Origin: Glycera tridactyla
Taxonomy: Eukaryota
Assembly: GCA_965644265.1 (NCBI GenBank)
Contig: OZ286461.1
Location: 29,822,001 to 29,886,000, forward strand
DNA length: 64,000 bases
Reading direction: 5' to 3'
Shown: piece after piece, positions 36,401 through 49,035 of the stretch
Position numbering within the stretch: the stretch's first letter is position 1
Layout of the letters: each line of letters begins with the position of its first letter
Program-made: the position numbers and the translations under genes
Notes under the pieces: model-generated
What the model was told of the DNA's origin: nothing
What the model saw: only the letters and a program-made list of their open reading frames with translations
Databases searched by the model: none

Positions 36401-39400
36401 AATGTTCGAAAAAATGTCTTTCAGCAGAAAACACACAATTACTTCATAAAAATCTGATAAATGAGGTGTACATTGTCCAAATTAAACATATTTGGATACC
36501 ATCTTCTTCGGTTTCTGAGTTGGCACATGCATGCATAAAGTCGGGGGCGAGCTCGCGGATGACTGACCGAAGGGATGCTTGCATGGGTGGATGGATGGAT
36601 GGATGGATGGGTGGATTGATGGGTGGATGGATTCTTGCATATATGCATGCGTGGGTGAATGGATGCAGGTATGCATGGGTGGATGGATGCAGAGAGATAT
36701 GCTTTATACATAATGAAGCATGGAGAATTGATTAGGAAGAGAGATAGATAGAGAGAGAGAAAGAGAGAGAGGGAGGGAAAGGGATAAATGGGGTGTTAGT
36801 ATAATGAGAGGAGGAAGGTTNNNNNNNNNNNNNNNNNNNNNNNNNNNNNNNNNNNNNNNNNNNNNNNNNNNNNNNNNNNNNNNNNNNNNNNNNNNNNNNN
36901 NNNNNNNNNNNNNNNNNNNNNNNNNNNNNNNNNNNNNNNNNNNNNNNNNNNNNNNNNNNNNNNNNNNNNNNNNNNNNNNNNNNNNNNNNNNNNNNNNNNN
37001 NNNNNNNNNNNNNNNNNNNNNNNNNNNNNATGTATAGATGCATAGATGGATGCAGGGATGAATGGATCGATGCATGAGTGCATGTATAGATGCACGAATA
37101 CATGGATCGATGCATGCAGCGGATGTATGGATAGATGGATGCAGGGATGAATGTATGTAGTGAAGAGGGCCGAGATGACATCCTTGAAGGGATACCCAGA
37201 GAGGGAGCTATCAAGATGGGAAAATATTTGGATGATACAAAGGAAAGCCAATCATTGACAAGACTGAAAATGAATGATATTCACCGGAGCTATGAGAAAG
37301 ATGGAATGAAAATGCATAGGTCATGTGGGGATTTCAAAGCAGACATACAGCACAAGCTGTATACATTTAAGGGTAAACAGCAGATGCAGAAGGAATAGTG
37401 GACCACTGAAAAGAAGGGAATAAGCGAGATATTGGCAGACAAGACACAATGGAACATCAAGGACCTTCAGAAGCTATACTCAGCATGGGAAGAAAAGGTG
37501 AGAAAAGAACGCCACAGAGTGAAGATTAGGAAAGGAAAGGGAAGCAGGAAACTAAGCCCCCCAAGCAGGTTAAGGCACCCGACCATACCAGGACAAANNN
37601 NNNNNNNNNNNNNNNNNNNNNNNNNNNNNNNNNNNNNNNNNNNNNNNNNNNNNNNNNNNNNNNNNNNNNNNNNNNNNNNNNNNNNNNNNNNNNNNNNNNN
37701 NNNNNNNNNNNNNNNNNNNNNNNNNNNNNNNNNNNNNNNNNNNNNNNNNNNNNNNNNNNNNNNNNNNNNNNNNNNNNNNNNNNNNNNNNNNNNNNNNNNN
37801 NNNNNNNNNNNNNNNNNNNNNNNNNNNNNNNNNNNNNNNNNNNNNNNNNNNNNNNNNNNNNNNNNNNNNNNNNNNNNNNNNNNNNNNNNNNNNNNNNNNN
37901 NNNNNNNNNNNNNNNNNNNNNNNNNNNNNNNNNNNNNNNNNNNNNNNNNNNNNNNNNNNNNNNNNNNNNNNNNNNNNNNNNNNNNNNNNNNNNNNNNNNN
38001 NNNNNNNNNNNNNNTCCATCACCATTGGTCATTGACGTGCAATTATTGAACATGACACTTCTGGATTATTCATAAGTGCGTAGCCTTTATGGACATTGAA
38101 ACCATTAATTGTGTAAATGTTGTTGGCTGAACATCATGCTCACCGTTCAATGAGGTGATATTTCACTTCTAGGAGTCACATGTGGATTGCCTCAATATAT
38201 CAAGAAACACACATCTCGATGGGGTACCATTTCATTTCAAGAAATCACATAATGGGTGCAACACCTCAATCAATATATGAAAGTGCCAACAGTTCTGTGG
38301 GATTATATTCAGTTCTAAGAAGCCAAGTAACGGACAGGTTACTTCAAACTATTCGAATTTACAGACAGCACTGGCACTGATTAATATCAATTGGTAAAGA
38401 CTGAACTCAATTGGGGGTACTGATTGATATGATTTGAGACTCACTTCAATTGGTCCTGAAGTGAAATGCCAAGAACCAGTTGACATGGCCAAGTAGAAGT
38501 AATTGTCACTTGCGGTTGTTTTTCCAACCCATACCCCACCAGAGTGAGCTAGTCTTGCGACATAACCATTGTAGTTAGAGAGATACTTGACAGCCCCTGG
38601 TGGTGGGCTTCCACGAACTGAGGCAGATGAAGGCTTCCAAACCCAATCCACTGAAGAGGCTGAAAAAAAACGAATTCAAAGCACAATCAGTGATCATAAG
38701 CCAGCATTACCACCAACATCACATCTCTTCCTCAATCCGAAGGTGAGATGTGAAAATGAATGAATTAGTGAATACAAGTGAAAATGGATGAATGAATGAA
38801 TGCATGAATGATAAGAACAAAATATATCGTTATAGAAGCCTTGCTCAGAGGACTTCTTGTTTTGTTCAGCCAGGCATTGTTTGCCATATTTCAGTCTTCA
38901 AATTTAGCCACTCTTCCGAATCCCGGGAGAGTGAATTAGATTTCGGGAGTGCGAATATGCCCAACTCACTTTCCAGCTGATGACAATGTGTTGGATTTAG
39001 TGTGAAGAGAGACCCCACTATTTGGACTCCACCAATAACGAGACCCTGTTGCATACAAAATGGCTCTGCATACTCCCGCGTATGTATGATTCTGCTAAAC
39101 ATGGGTTGGTGGGACTTGAGTAGTCATTCACATGACAGACAAGTTAGAATTTGCATCTTGATTATTCACATCTTGCCCTCAAATTAGCCTAGTTTCATGA
39201 AGGGAGTGTGATTGATTTTTATTTTCGTGAAGACTGATATTTTGATGGAAAGTTTGTGCAATAATCCGAAATCATCTCTTCAATCACCAGAAATGACCCC
39301 TTTAGTGTCTGAGAATTCCATCAGTTCTGACCTCCCTCTTGGGACTCAGAAGGGAGCGTCCTGAAGATTCTACTCATGCCCATGACATGGGCAGCTCGTT

Positions 39401-40060
39401 GTTTATCACACAGATATGCCCGTATCCGTGTGGATCAGGCCCGTGTGATCTTGTGATGCGGATCACACGGCCATGTCAAGAGCCGTGACGTCACAATGCA
39501 TTCTTTTGTGCCAGTCAACGTTGCTTGTGGTTTGGGCCACGCCAAGAACCGTGACGTCACAATTGAGTTCACAGGTTAACTGACTGCGTCGCACCTTCGA
39601 TCACACTGCGTCACGGCAATAAACTGACCACGATTCACTTCTACACGATGCCCATATGATAAAATATTCATAATATCTGTGTGATAAAAGCAGGAACGCA
39701 TGATCGTGTTGTGGCAATTGAAGGCTCACACTCGTTGGCGGAGCACGGGACCACACTCCGGCTCCGCCGTCGTGTGCTCCCCGTGCTTCGCCAACTCGTG
39801 TGATCCTTCAACTGCCACCACACGATCATACGTTCCTACTATAAGATGTCACTCACGATATGCAGAACAACTAAGCGAGCACCTATCACCCCTATGCAAA
39901 AGCGACGCAGCGTGATAATAATTGGACTCTGAATCTACTGCTGGCATAATATCACATGGTCATCTAGAGAAATCAGAGCTAACTCACCAACACCTGTGAG
40001 ATGCGAGAGATGAAGCAACATCATGATGAAGCAGCAGCACCATGGATCAGTTGTGAACAT
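33230..40060 (-). CDS. Secreted DM9-repeat (DUF3421) lectin-like protein with C-terminal PAN/apple-like module, about 248 aa; complement join 40060-39988,38659-38445,35707-35479,33459-33230
   Basis: GT-AG introns with matching phases 1/0/1, 747 nt total; hydrophobic N-terminus; two W...PPG(A/V)...Y(V)(A/C)R repeats; C-x3-C-x8-C-x11-C-x-L tail. The alternative acceptor at 38650 is also in frame. Confidence 0.8.
34096..34312. mobile_element. MITE with TAG...CTA termini and 5-bp TSD ATCAT
   Basis: About 30-bp TIRs TAGCCCTATTCGACTGGTCGGTTTCGTTGA / TCAACGAAATCGACCAGTCGAATAGGCCTA; ATCAT at 34091-95 and 34313-17. Confidence 0.8.
35479..35707 (-). CDS. DM9-PAN exon 3 (DM9 repeat 2)
   Basis: TTTGCAG|[42 protein letters not shown]...MDLLLVPT. 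Confidence 0.87.
37160..37597 (+). pseudogene. Probable LINE ORF2 relic (endonuclease-RT linker-like), truncated by an N-gap
   Basis: Purine-rich, stop-interrupted frame ...[37 protein letters not shown]; resemblance judged by eye only. Confidence 0.35.
38445..38659 (-). CDS. DM9-PAN exon 2 (DM9 repeat 1)
   Basis: [42 protein letters not shown]...GPIE; donor GAA|GTGAGT. Confidence 0.8.
38892..39236. mobile_element. hAT6-like family E copy, 6-bp TSD ATATTT
   Basis: CAGTCTTCAAATTTAGCC...GTGAAGACTG flanked by ATATTT on both sides. Confidence 0.8.
39402..39688. mobile_element. Inverted-repeat element with TTTATCACACAGATAT termini
   Basis: 16-bp perfect TIR; internal CCGTGACGTCACAAT present twice. 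Confidence 0.7.
39692..39837. mobile_element. 146-bp hairpin element, imperfect 65-bp arms
   Basis: AGGAACGCATGATCGTG... / ...CACGATCATACGTTCCT; centre CCGGCTCCGCCGTCG. Confidence 0.8.
39988..40060 (-). CDS. DM9-PAN exon 1, signal peptide [24 protein letters not shown]
   Basis: GACATG start; phase-1 donor G|GTGAGT matches the phase-1 acceptor at 38659/38650. Confidence 0.65.
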
Positions 40061-42877
40061 GTCGGTTTTGGATACTCGAATGATCCAAATATTACTTGGC
40101 ACTGCTATGGAGTGTGAGTGGTTCAATGCAGCACTTACATCGCAGGTGATAAACCACATTATATTGATCAAAATATCTGAATTATACATGTGTTTGAGCG
40201 ATGTATTTATTGAATGGTCTGCAAATTATTCGTCATTTTTTCCTTATTCAGTTTGACCATTTTTCTATATTATTGAATCAATATTCACGACAGTTCAGCT
40301 TTTGCACCATTGAGTGGCTGCCTCTTTGAATCTTTAGTAGGCAGGATTACAGCTCTTGAATTTCCACCCATTATTGTTTTTCAATCATTCTGATTTTTCC
40401 ACAGGGATGTAGGATTGGTCCAAGGGCCTGCAAATTATTCATAATTTCATTCAGGATTACAAGCAGTCCTTGACCACCATTTTCTCTTAATGCAATAACC
40501 ATATTGGAAGACTCCTAAAAGGATCTGTCATGCTGCTGAGGATATTTCCCTACCTGCAGTTATATGTCATCATGAATGCATCAAATTGTCAGACTCCAGA
40601 CAGTCACTTAGAAATGTCAGCATAAGGACCATCATGTTTACGTGAGACATTTGCAGTCTGTGTTCAGGGTTCGTAAGAGTGAGGCTTGCAGAGGACCGAG
40701 GTTCCAGGTCCCGTTGGTCACGAACACATGACATACATGATTCTTTAGGTTGATAGATATAGACTTCAATCAATCAGGATCATGGTGGAAATTTGATGGA
40801 GTAATGGATAGAATCGATGCTTGCAAATTTCGAGGTCATCATTTATTTTGAATAATGCCCTCGATCGATATGTATCCATACCGGAGTTTTATGCGTATAC
40901 ATGCAATCTTACAACCCTGGAGTTCCAGCACAAAATCAACGAGATCATTCATATGTGCCTACATGCCTTGACAATCAAGTATGGTATCAAAATGCTATAT
41001 GCAAATGTGGTATAATGATATTATGTGTACATTTTTCATAGCCAATGCCATATATATTTGACTTACATTGCGATCGAAAAAATCACCCCGAATGGCCAAA
41101 TCGAACTTGCTGAACTTGCGGAACATGGTTTCCTATTGATGACTGAACATTCGAAACAGATGGCATAGTCAGTATCATTTGCATCTCTACTATGCAATGT
41201 GTATGTGTGCGTCTGTGTAAGCATGCTTGTGTATTCCTACTCCTTGGATACTGAGTGTATTTTGGTGACTCCTCATCCTTTTTGGTATCTCCTAATCTAT
41301 TGTCAAGTACAGGTGCTTCTGGGTTTTGGCTCCAAGCGAACCGATCAACAATCAAGTACCAACCTAAGGATGTAAGATACATGGTAACAGGGAAGATTAC
41401 ATCTCCATTGTCCAAAGATGACATAAACTAGAATGACGTAGGCATTCACCTAATCCAAACTCACTGCTTCTGGGCCAAATTGGATTCAAATGCAGTCAAT
41501 GGCGGAGGCATGACGGAGTTCTCTCAGCGTGAAACAAACTTTGATGACTCGGTCTCTTTCAAAGTTCAATTCGAACACTTGTCAAAGGCAAGCAAGATAT
41601 CACTCAGCCTATAGAACCATGAAATATGTAAGAAAAAGATGTCTATTTATCTAGATGTTATCAAGATGAATGAGGACATCAACACCCAAAGGTTGAGAGG
41701 TCTCATACCATCGGCCGGCATCATCCAAGAAAATATGACTTCCTTTCAAAAATGAGAACAGGAAATATAGATATAATGATAAAAATATGGAGACATATGC
41801 ATGAGAGAGAGGGGGGGGGGGGGGGGCAGTAAAGAATCAACCAAAAGTTTCCTAGGGTGACGACATATTTCACACTCAATTGAGAAATCTCAGTGTATGC
41901 AGTCCACCAGAGAAGCCATCGAGCGAACTCAAATGCCGCTGCCTATAGTAGGGACGGCTCCCGGCAGCGGTGCCCTTTTTCTTCAGCATTCTCAGTTTTT
42001 CAGATATTCAACCCAAACAAACGAACAAAACAAACTAACATCAATGGCAAACACCGACAGCAACAGCTATTTGTTTCATTTTCAATATTTATTCATCATG
42101 ATCAGTCAATACAATTAAACACGTGGTGGTGTTCATCTCATATATACACGATTCAACTACGAACAATAGGTAGGAGATGAAATATATACCGATGAGTTCA
42201 TATGCTGATATGATGATAGGACGATGAGGGATAGATGGATGAATGCTTGAATGCACCCCGTGTATGTTGATTCAATATTTAAATAGTAATTAATGAAGCA
42301 CAGAATGGTATTAGACACATTAGTCATGTTATAGATGCTTGTGCTGATCCAGTATTGCCCATTACAAGAATATAGACATGATAGAGCCTATCAGATTGTG
42401 CTTAGACCGGATTCGTGCTCAGCACAGGTGAATGATTTTATAGTGGGATGAATGGAAATCTATCGCTCAAGACAGGTATGACACTACACCATTTTACGAT
42501 GCTGGGTAGATGGTTGGAATCGTATGCATGTATGAAGCCGATGGTTTCACTGCTGTGCACGCCCTATCTGATGCATGTTCAGTCCTCAGCTAGCACGATT
42601 CTCACACACCCTGAACAAAATACGATGGAGGATCTGAAAAGTTAGCTGAATGACCGACTACCGTCAAAATTCTATCATCTGTATTTTCTATCAAAATATG
42701 CTATCACCAGGTCTCTTATTTTTCATCTATTTTCACCTATTTTCTATCTTCACGCTCCTGGACATCGGCCTGATAATGGCTATCTGACCATGGCCCAACA
42801 TCAAATCAATGTGCAAAACTAGGTTGGCCCAACAGCGGCAGCCAGCATTGGGCCAGCATGGCCAGGGATATTCCTGT

Positions 42878-43603
42878 AGTGAAATGGTCTCAGGTGTAGG
42901 TGGCTGATGGTTCGCCGCAGCAAATATTGGCAGTAAGCAAAACATGTGTACCAGGCACACCAGTTCTAGGTTACTATGGATGCGACTAGGTTTACTAGGT
43001 TGTGTGGTGGCATTGTAATGCAAGCTTAGAGCCCCCTTTGTTGTGATGCTGGTTTGAAGTTGACAGTTGATAATTGAACACATTGGTTGTGTATTCTCCA
43101 ACCCTAATGCTTTTTTAAGGATGTCTGCCTTGCGGGCATCCTTCTTCATACCACTCTCATTTGGGACTGCAGTTTAGATGACAAAAAACGGCAGAAATTT
43201 TGATAGTTTTTTGAGGTAGCTGATTGAAGGTGATGAACTGCTCCGATTTCCATGAAATCTGGTATGGTTGTTGTAAAGGCATGTCTGCTTTGTATGGATG
43301 ACTTGGAAATCTCATTATTCTTCTTTCAAGTGCTGCGCTTTGCTGGAAAAGAAAGTATTGCTATCAGGCTTGAGCCAGGTATAAAGTTCTATATGCCATT
43401 AACAGGTTTGATATGTTTATTATGAGTAGGTAGAGGTGTGTTTGAACTGTCAGCTACTTCCACTCGACAACTTTTTTCACTTTCCAACCATCTTGTGTTC
43501 AGGGTGTGTGTAAGTGATGCCTGCAGGGGACAGAGCATCTAGCTTACGTTGACCAGGAACACATGGCATACAAAATCCTCTTCTGTGATACATGCCGTTG
43601 AAT

Positions 43604-43635
<32 letters not shown>
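42878..43635 (+). mobile_element. Retroposon family A copy with (TCAA)n tail, interrupted by an unrelated insert at about 43128-43323
   Basis: Colinear with the reverse complement of 62183-62800 on both sides of the insert. Confidence 0.8.
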
Positions 43636-45676
43636 ATACATTGATAAATCAATCAAACAATTGACCGACCGACCGACCGACCAAGCACCTGACTGACCGA
43701 CCGACCGACCACCTGGCCGACCAACTGACTCACCGACCGACTGACTGATGGACCGAATGACCGAGAGACTGCATCGTAACTTCGGTGACCACATCGCATG
43801 CAGTAGGATCAATGTTACACTTTGTTATATAGCTTTAATTGGAATAACATGGAGCTGATTAGTTATCCCATTACAGGTAGCCACGCTAGCAATGTAAATA
43901 TGTATTCCAATAATCCCAGTGTACGATGCAATTTGTTGTGATGAGTGTTCTGTGCGAGTCAATAACCAGCACAGTTGTGTTGAATGGGGTGATAAACGAG
44001 TCACTATATCACCACAGAGCACCTCCAGAAAATAGTAATCCGACAATCACAGAACAGGTCTTATTTCTCCGTAATCTCAGGGTCATTGGACCCTTGATAA
44101 TTCGGATATACGAGTTTCTGCAGATTCGCATCAATTGATTTCCACATCGGGTATTTGTAATGTTTTCTACATTGTTGTTGTTTTCAATGACGATGATGGC
44201 GACGATGCAAGATAGAATTGATCATGGGTGACTTATAGCAGATAGCAGATAGAGTGATTATCACATGGATGTGCCATTTTCAGTGAAGTATCAGGTGTTG
44301 AGTATTGCGTGTGATACTTCACATCTGGATGAGGACTACTTTCTGATGATTTCTCCCCTAATCCATGTGATGAAAGCAAACTCAGTGTGAATTTCTCCAG
44401 ATGTCACTCAGCCTTCGGCCTTGTGGCATCCGGTGAAATTCCCACCTTGTTTGGTATTGCGTTTTTACTTCACGGCCATATTGAGAGATCTAAAGAAATG
44501 AGACAACTGCGGGACACCAAGCCATATCTTCATGCGGGTGACACCGCGCTCCTTAACGTTGGTGAGGACATTGGTTAGGTAGAATCTAAGCTATATGCAG
44601 ATTTGGAATTGATATTTAATAATGGTTTGACTCGTGGACATTAACACTCTAACTTGCCGAAATTAAAACCATGTTATTTGGGACAGAAAATCGTCTTCGA
44701 ATCTGTGAGAATTTGGAGGTGAATTTCATTGGGCAGTCAGTATCTCAAGTTTCTAAATTTAGATATTTGGACAATCATATTGGACCCCTGCCTTATCTTT
44801 ATACATCATTCCGACCATCTGATCAATAAGGTTGCCTTCAGAATGCACTATGTCATCTCCGCCTAGCATCACCAAATACCCTTTTCCTGCACGACAGTTC
44901 GATTCACCCACTATTCACATATTGCGATTTCTGAAATGACCAGTTACTGATTGGTAGTTTTCCAAAACTGGTGCCTGAGTTTAATTCTAGAATGTGGCAG
45001 GAACTACTCAGCACGCACACTACAGGAGACACTGAATGTCAAACCTCTACATGAAATGAGAAAAAACCCACACTTCTTGGAAGTCTTTCGGGCAGTTGGT
45101 ATACATGGTGGGACTATGCCTCCCCTCAAAACATGTTTGAAATAATGCAATGTCGGACAATTGCAGCACGCACTCGAAGCAGCAGTGCATGTGCTAACAA
45201 AAGGTTCTTTGTTGTCCCCAAAACCGAGCTGCATTTTTGTGGAGGCAATATGAGAGTATGTGGGGCCCACTACTGGAACAATGCCAATGTACAGGTCCTT
45301 CATGTGAGTCACTCTATAACATCATAAAATCAATTACGGCGCCTCACAAAAGAAGAAACATAAAACCAGTGGTGAAAATCTGATCATAATAGCCTCCTGT
45401 CCTCAGCGATCATATAGACTTACATTACTTAGTCCAAGGAAAACATGTATGGGGTGTACCCTTTGGTACATGATAAAACTCAGAAAGTCATCCAGGTTCA
45501 ATTATTCACAGGATTACTTTCAATGTCTCAAGGATGCTCAGGTGTCTATAGATGCTTGTTTATGTTCACTAGAGACAGATAGGGACTTCTCAGGATCTCT
45601 TCGTTTATGGAGGCTGACCGAAGTCCAACACACTTCCCTAGCAACTCATAGATGAGAGACGAAGTACCACAAGTTT

Positions 45677-46253
45677 CTAGTGTTTATTCCCACACACTTC
45701 ACTCCATATATTGGTATAATACATTTGTTCCAGAAGGTGGGGAGGGCGTGGAAAGCAGATGCATCTTCCTTCGTAATCACGACCAGCACGTAGTGTAGAC
45801 TTCCCAATATCGATCTGCTCTCCGTGTGCCCCCACTCCACTATTTATATAACCAATAAGTATAATTAAATACTCACCTCTAGTTCCACCCTCCCAGGTTG
45901 GTCTCCATGCTATTTGGACGTGGCACAGTGTGGTCTGTGGGAAGGCACTCCGGAACAGTTGAATTGCTCGATCAGTAGCATTTGTCATTTTGATGTACTC
46001 TACGCGTCTACTCTCCAAACGCCAAAATCGGGTGGAGATCGGGGGTTGGAGATTGTGCCGATCCACAACGCTCATTGGTTCTTATTATAAGCCTGCTAAC
46101 TTCCCTGGTCCGAATTCTAGGATCTCGAAACTTGTATTTGATACTTCTCAATTTCTGATTCAACCTGTCCACATCGTTAGAACCGAGCATAGAAATGATG
46201 TAGTCAGGTGGTGTATTGTCAAGGCACAGTTTCTGCAATGTATTGTCATGCAT
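45677..46253 (-). pseudogene. Frameshifted SGNH-hydrolase-like ORF, probably retroelement-derived
   Basis: PDYIISMLGSND (SGNH block III GxND), then ...LFRSAFPQTTLCHVQIAWRPTW in the overlapping ORF; intronless. Confidence 0.45.
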
Positions 46254-46985
46254 TCGAAACTTTTTGTGGCCATTAGGTTTATTCAGAAAATGCCCCTGTA
46301 CCTCATCATGAAATGATGACCATTTTGAACCACTTATTCAAATGTTGTATTGTGCATGTTAATGATATAACATGAATGGTTGCAATATTGAGCTGTGATT
46401 GTGCATAGGGTTGCCTGAAAATGGCAGCTGGAGTCATAGGTGAAAAGCCAGTTTCAATTGTATGTCTCTGCTGAAAATATAAGGAAAAGCATAATTTTTG
46501 TATATTTCACATGACTTAAGACATTTAACTATCTAAATACATAACAAATCACTAAAATAACATCACAGATGAGTCTGGAAGCCTGAACCACGTAGGAAAA
46601 GTGGTATCACATGAAGTGATTGGATGGAAAAAAGTGAGATATGCCTCATTTCAGTCAGGCCAATGTGGTGGCGGAAAGCATCTTGGACGCCATCTTGAAT
46701 TTCTGAAAATGCCCAAGGATGCCAGCCGGGCAGACATTGGAGGAAATTCAACCCCATCACTCTGATTCAGCCCTCTTAGAATAGTGACCATTTAGGAATG
46801 GTATCTTTACAATTTCAACATGTTTAGAAACCTGTCATCTCTGAATTGAAGACAAGAATTGTGTTCAGAATTCTGTCTCAGAACTAAACAGATTTTTTTA
46901 CAGTGCATAGCAAATTGGTATCGACTTAAAACATAGTTGTCATCCTGGGCAACTGAATATGTGATCACAGTGATGTTCACCTGTA

Positions 46986-47162
46986 CAGTCGAACCTGCTC
47001 TAAAAACCACCTCTCTATAGAGACCACCTCTCTATAAAGACCACCCTGGCTGCGACTGTGGTAGTATTTCCAACAGTAAATGACCTCTCTATGAAGACCA
47101 CCTGTCCGTAAAGACCACTTTTTGATTCGACTGAAGGCGGTCTTAATAGACAGGTTTGACTG
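46986..47162. mobile_element. MITE family C, complete with TA TSD
   Basis: TA-CAGTCGAACCTG...CAGGTTTGACTG-TA. Confidence 0.9.
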
Positions 47163-48497
47163 TATATTCCACCCCTTGCACCAAAAAGGTTGATTTCATG
47201 CTGGTTACATAGAAAGGGATGACGGCCTTATCTCCATTGCTCCACGTACAAAAGATCGAAGAATGATGCCGGCAGTTGCGCCGTATGGATACGATGAAAT
47301 GTGAGTGGATCCTCTTCTAAAGAACGCAGAGTATATGAAATCCATTTGGACAATCACCCTAAGATTCATTCATGCCATCAAAACTCAAATCTGATGAGAA
47401 ATCCCGATTTTGGGTGTCTGAAACGTGACCGTCCTATATGGATTCGACAGACAGTATACCTGGAAGCAAGTTCGATGATCGTCGGAGCCCTCATACCATT
47501 CAGTCGTACCAGTAAAACCAGGATTGAACAAGAAGCTTTCACAGAGTATCCCTCGCCATTGGTGCTTTTGCACAAAGGGCAATAACTTCATGCACGCACC
47601 CCCCCCCCCCCCCCACGCACACACACACGCAGGCGCACATGCGCACACAATGAAGGGTCATGGGGTTGAGAGTTTGTGTTTGAGAAGAGAAGGAGACGAA
47701 ATCAACGCCAGTCATTATCAATGGCTTCAGAATAGTTGTATAGGTCTTACATAATACAAGTATAAACAACAGAAGCTTGTCAATTATGGAAAAGCTTACA
47801 TAACAATGAAAGCAGAGTTGAGAGAAGTGTGGTTCATTCCAGGGAGGTGATATAAAATATAGACAGAGTTAATGGGCCAGAATATGCCAAAAAATGCATG
47901 TAAAATCCATTAAAGGGCAATAACTCATCCAAAAAGGATTCAATCACAAAGCCCGGACGATATGCAGAACGTGATGATCATCATTCTGTGAAAGTTTGGT
48001 GATGATTACCGCATGTAAAATGGATGAGGAGTTGCACAGCCAATAATTTACATGTAAAATTCGAACAAGGCATAAAAGCACAAATGGCACGGATGTGCGC
48101 CGCTAATTCATCCGTGCAGCTGAATCCATCACATTGACACGCATTTGGCTCTGCATGCATGCCAAAATGGGCTATAACTTCTCAAATTATTATTCAATCA
48201 TGAAAGCCTGACAATATGCGCTGCAGCATGTGATGATCGTCATCATGTGAATTGGAGAAAATCTCATATGAAATGAATGATGAGTTGCGCGGCCAAGAAA
48301 GTGCGACGGACTGACAGTGAGGGATGAAAAGAAATGACGACAAAAGCATGAGAAACACAACCGTCACATCTGTATTTGGCAGACCTTGACTGGATGTGTC
48401 CAGCCACGATGCATCGTCACCACGGTAGCTGATTGTTCAATTCACAAAGTGCCAATTGGAAAGTTTGAAAACACTCTACAACCACATACTAATTAAT

Positions 48498-49035
48498 TTA
48501 GACATACACCGGTTCAGTATATTCCGCCATATCTCTGTCCAGTCGCGCCAAAAATATCTTCAACCTGTGAATCGCTTTCCCTTCCCGGCCCTTTTTTCGC
48601 TCACGAGTTGCATAGGTCTCATTGTCATCTCGATTTTTCGCCAGGAATATTCGTATATCATCAAATGTGGATCTAAACGTCAATTCAATTCGGGGATGGG
48701 GCAAGTCTGGAATGGGAGGGAAGTGCGACTGTTCATTATTATTCTCTGTTTCTATCTCCTCATTATCGCCCAAGAACACGTCGTCATGGTTACTGCTCGC
48801 CGAACTACTTTCGGTCGATTTGACAGATCCCCGATCCTGACGTTTCTTCTCCTTCATTAGTGTCTGCCAGAAAGCATAGTCGTCCTCGTCAGAAAAACTG
48901 GACCTTGATGGATTGCTGAATCTATTGATGGCGTTCTGATGATGATCATTGTTTTTTTCAGAGTCGTCAAAGCAGGAATCTGCTGCTATCTCGGGCAGAT
49001 CGTCGGCGTCACACTCTTCATCACTGATGGAATCG
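48498..49035 (-). CDS. PH gene last exon (acidic tail ending AEYTEPVYV*)
   Basis: Acceptor TTTGATTTCAG, phase 2 completes TGC; 179-codon D/E/S-rich open frame. Confidence 0.82.

Noticed and set aside
41083-41760. Chitin synthase pseudogene (FE-SHIFLDDA, QFGPEAV, GWY look-alikes) or SF1 helicase Walker B
   Set aside because: Motif spacing is wrong and the diagnostic EDR/QRRRW motifs are absent; the resemblance is too weak to call.
47214-47585. + strand exon (DDGLISIAPRTKDRR...|GTGAGT) and the 94-aa ORF after it
   Set aside because: No phase-compatible partner exons or recognisable motifs were found.
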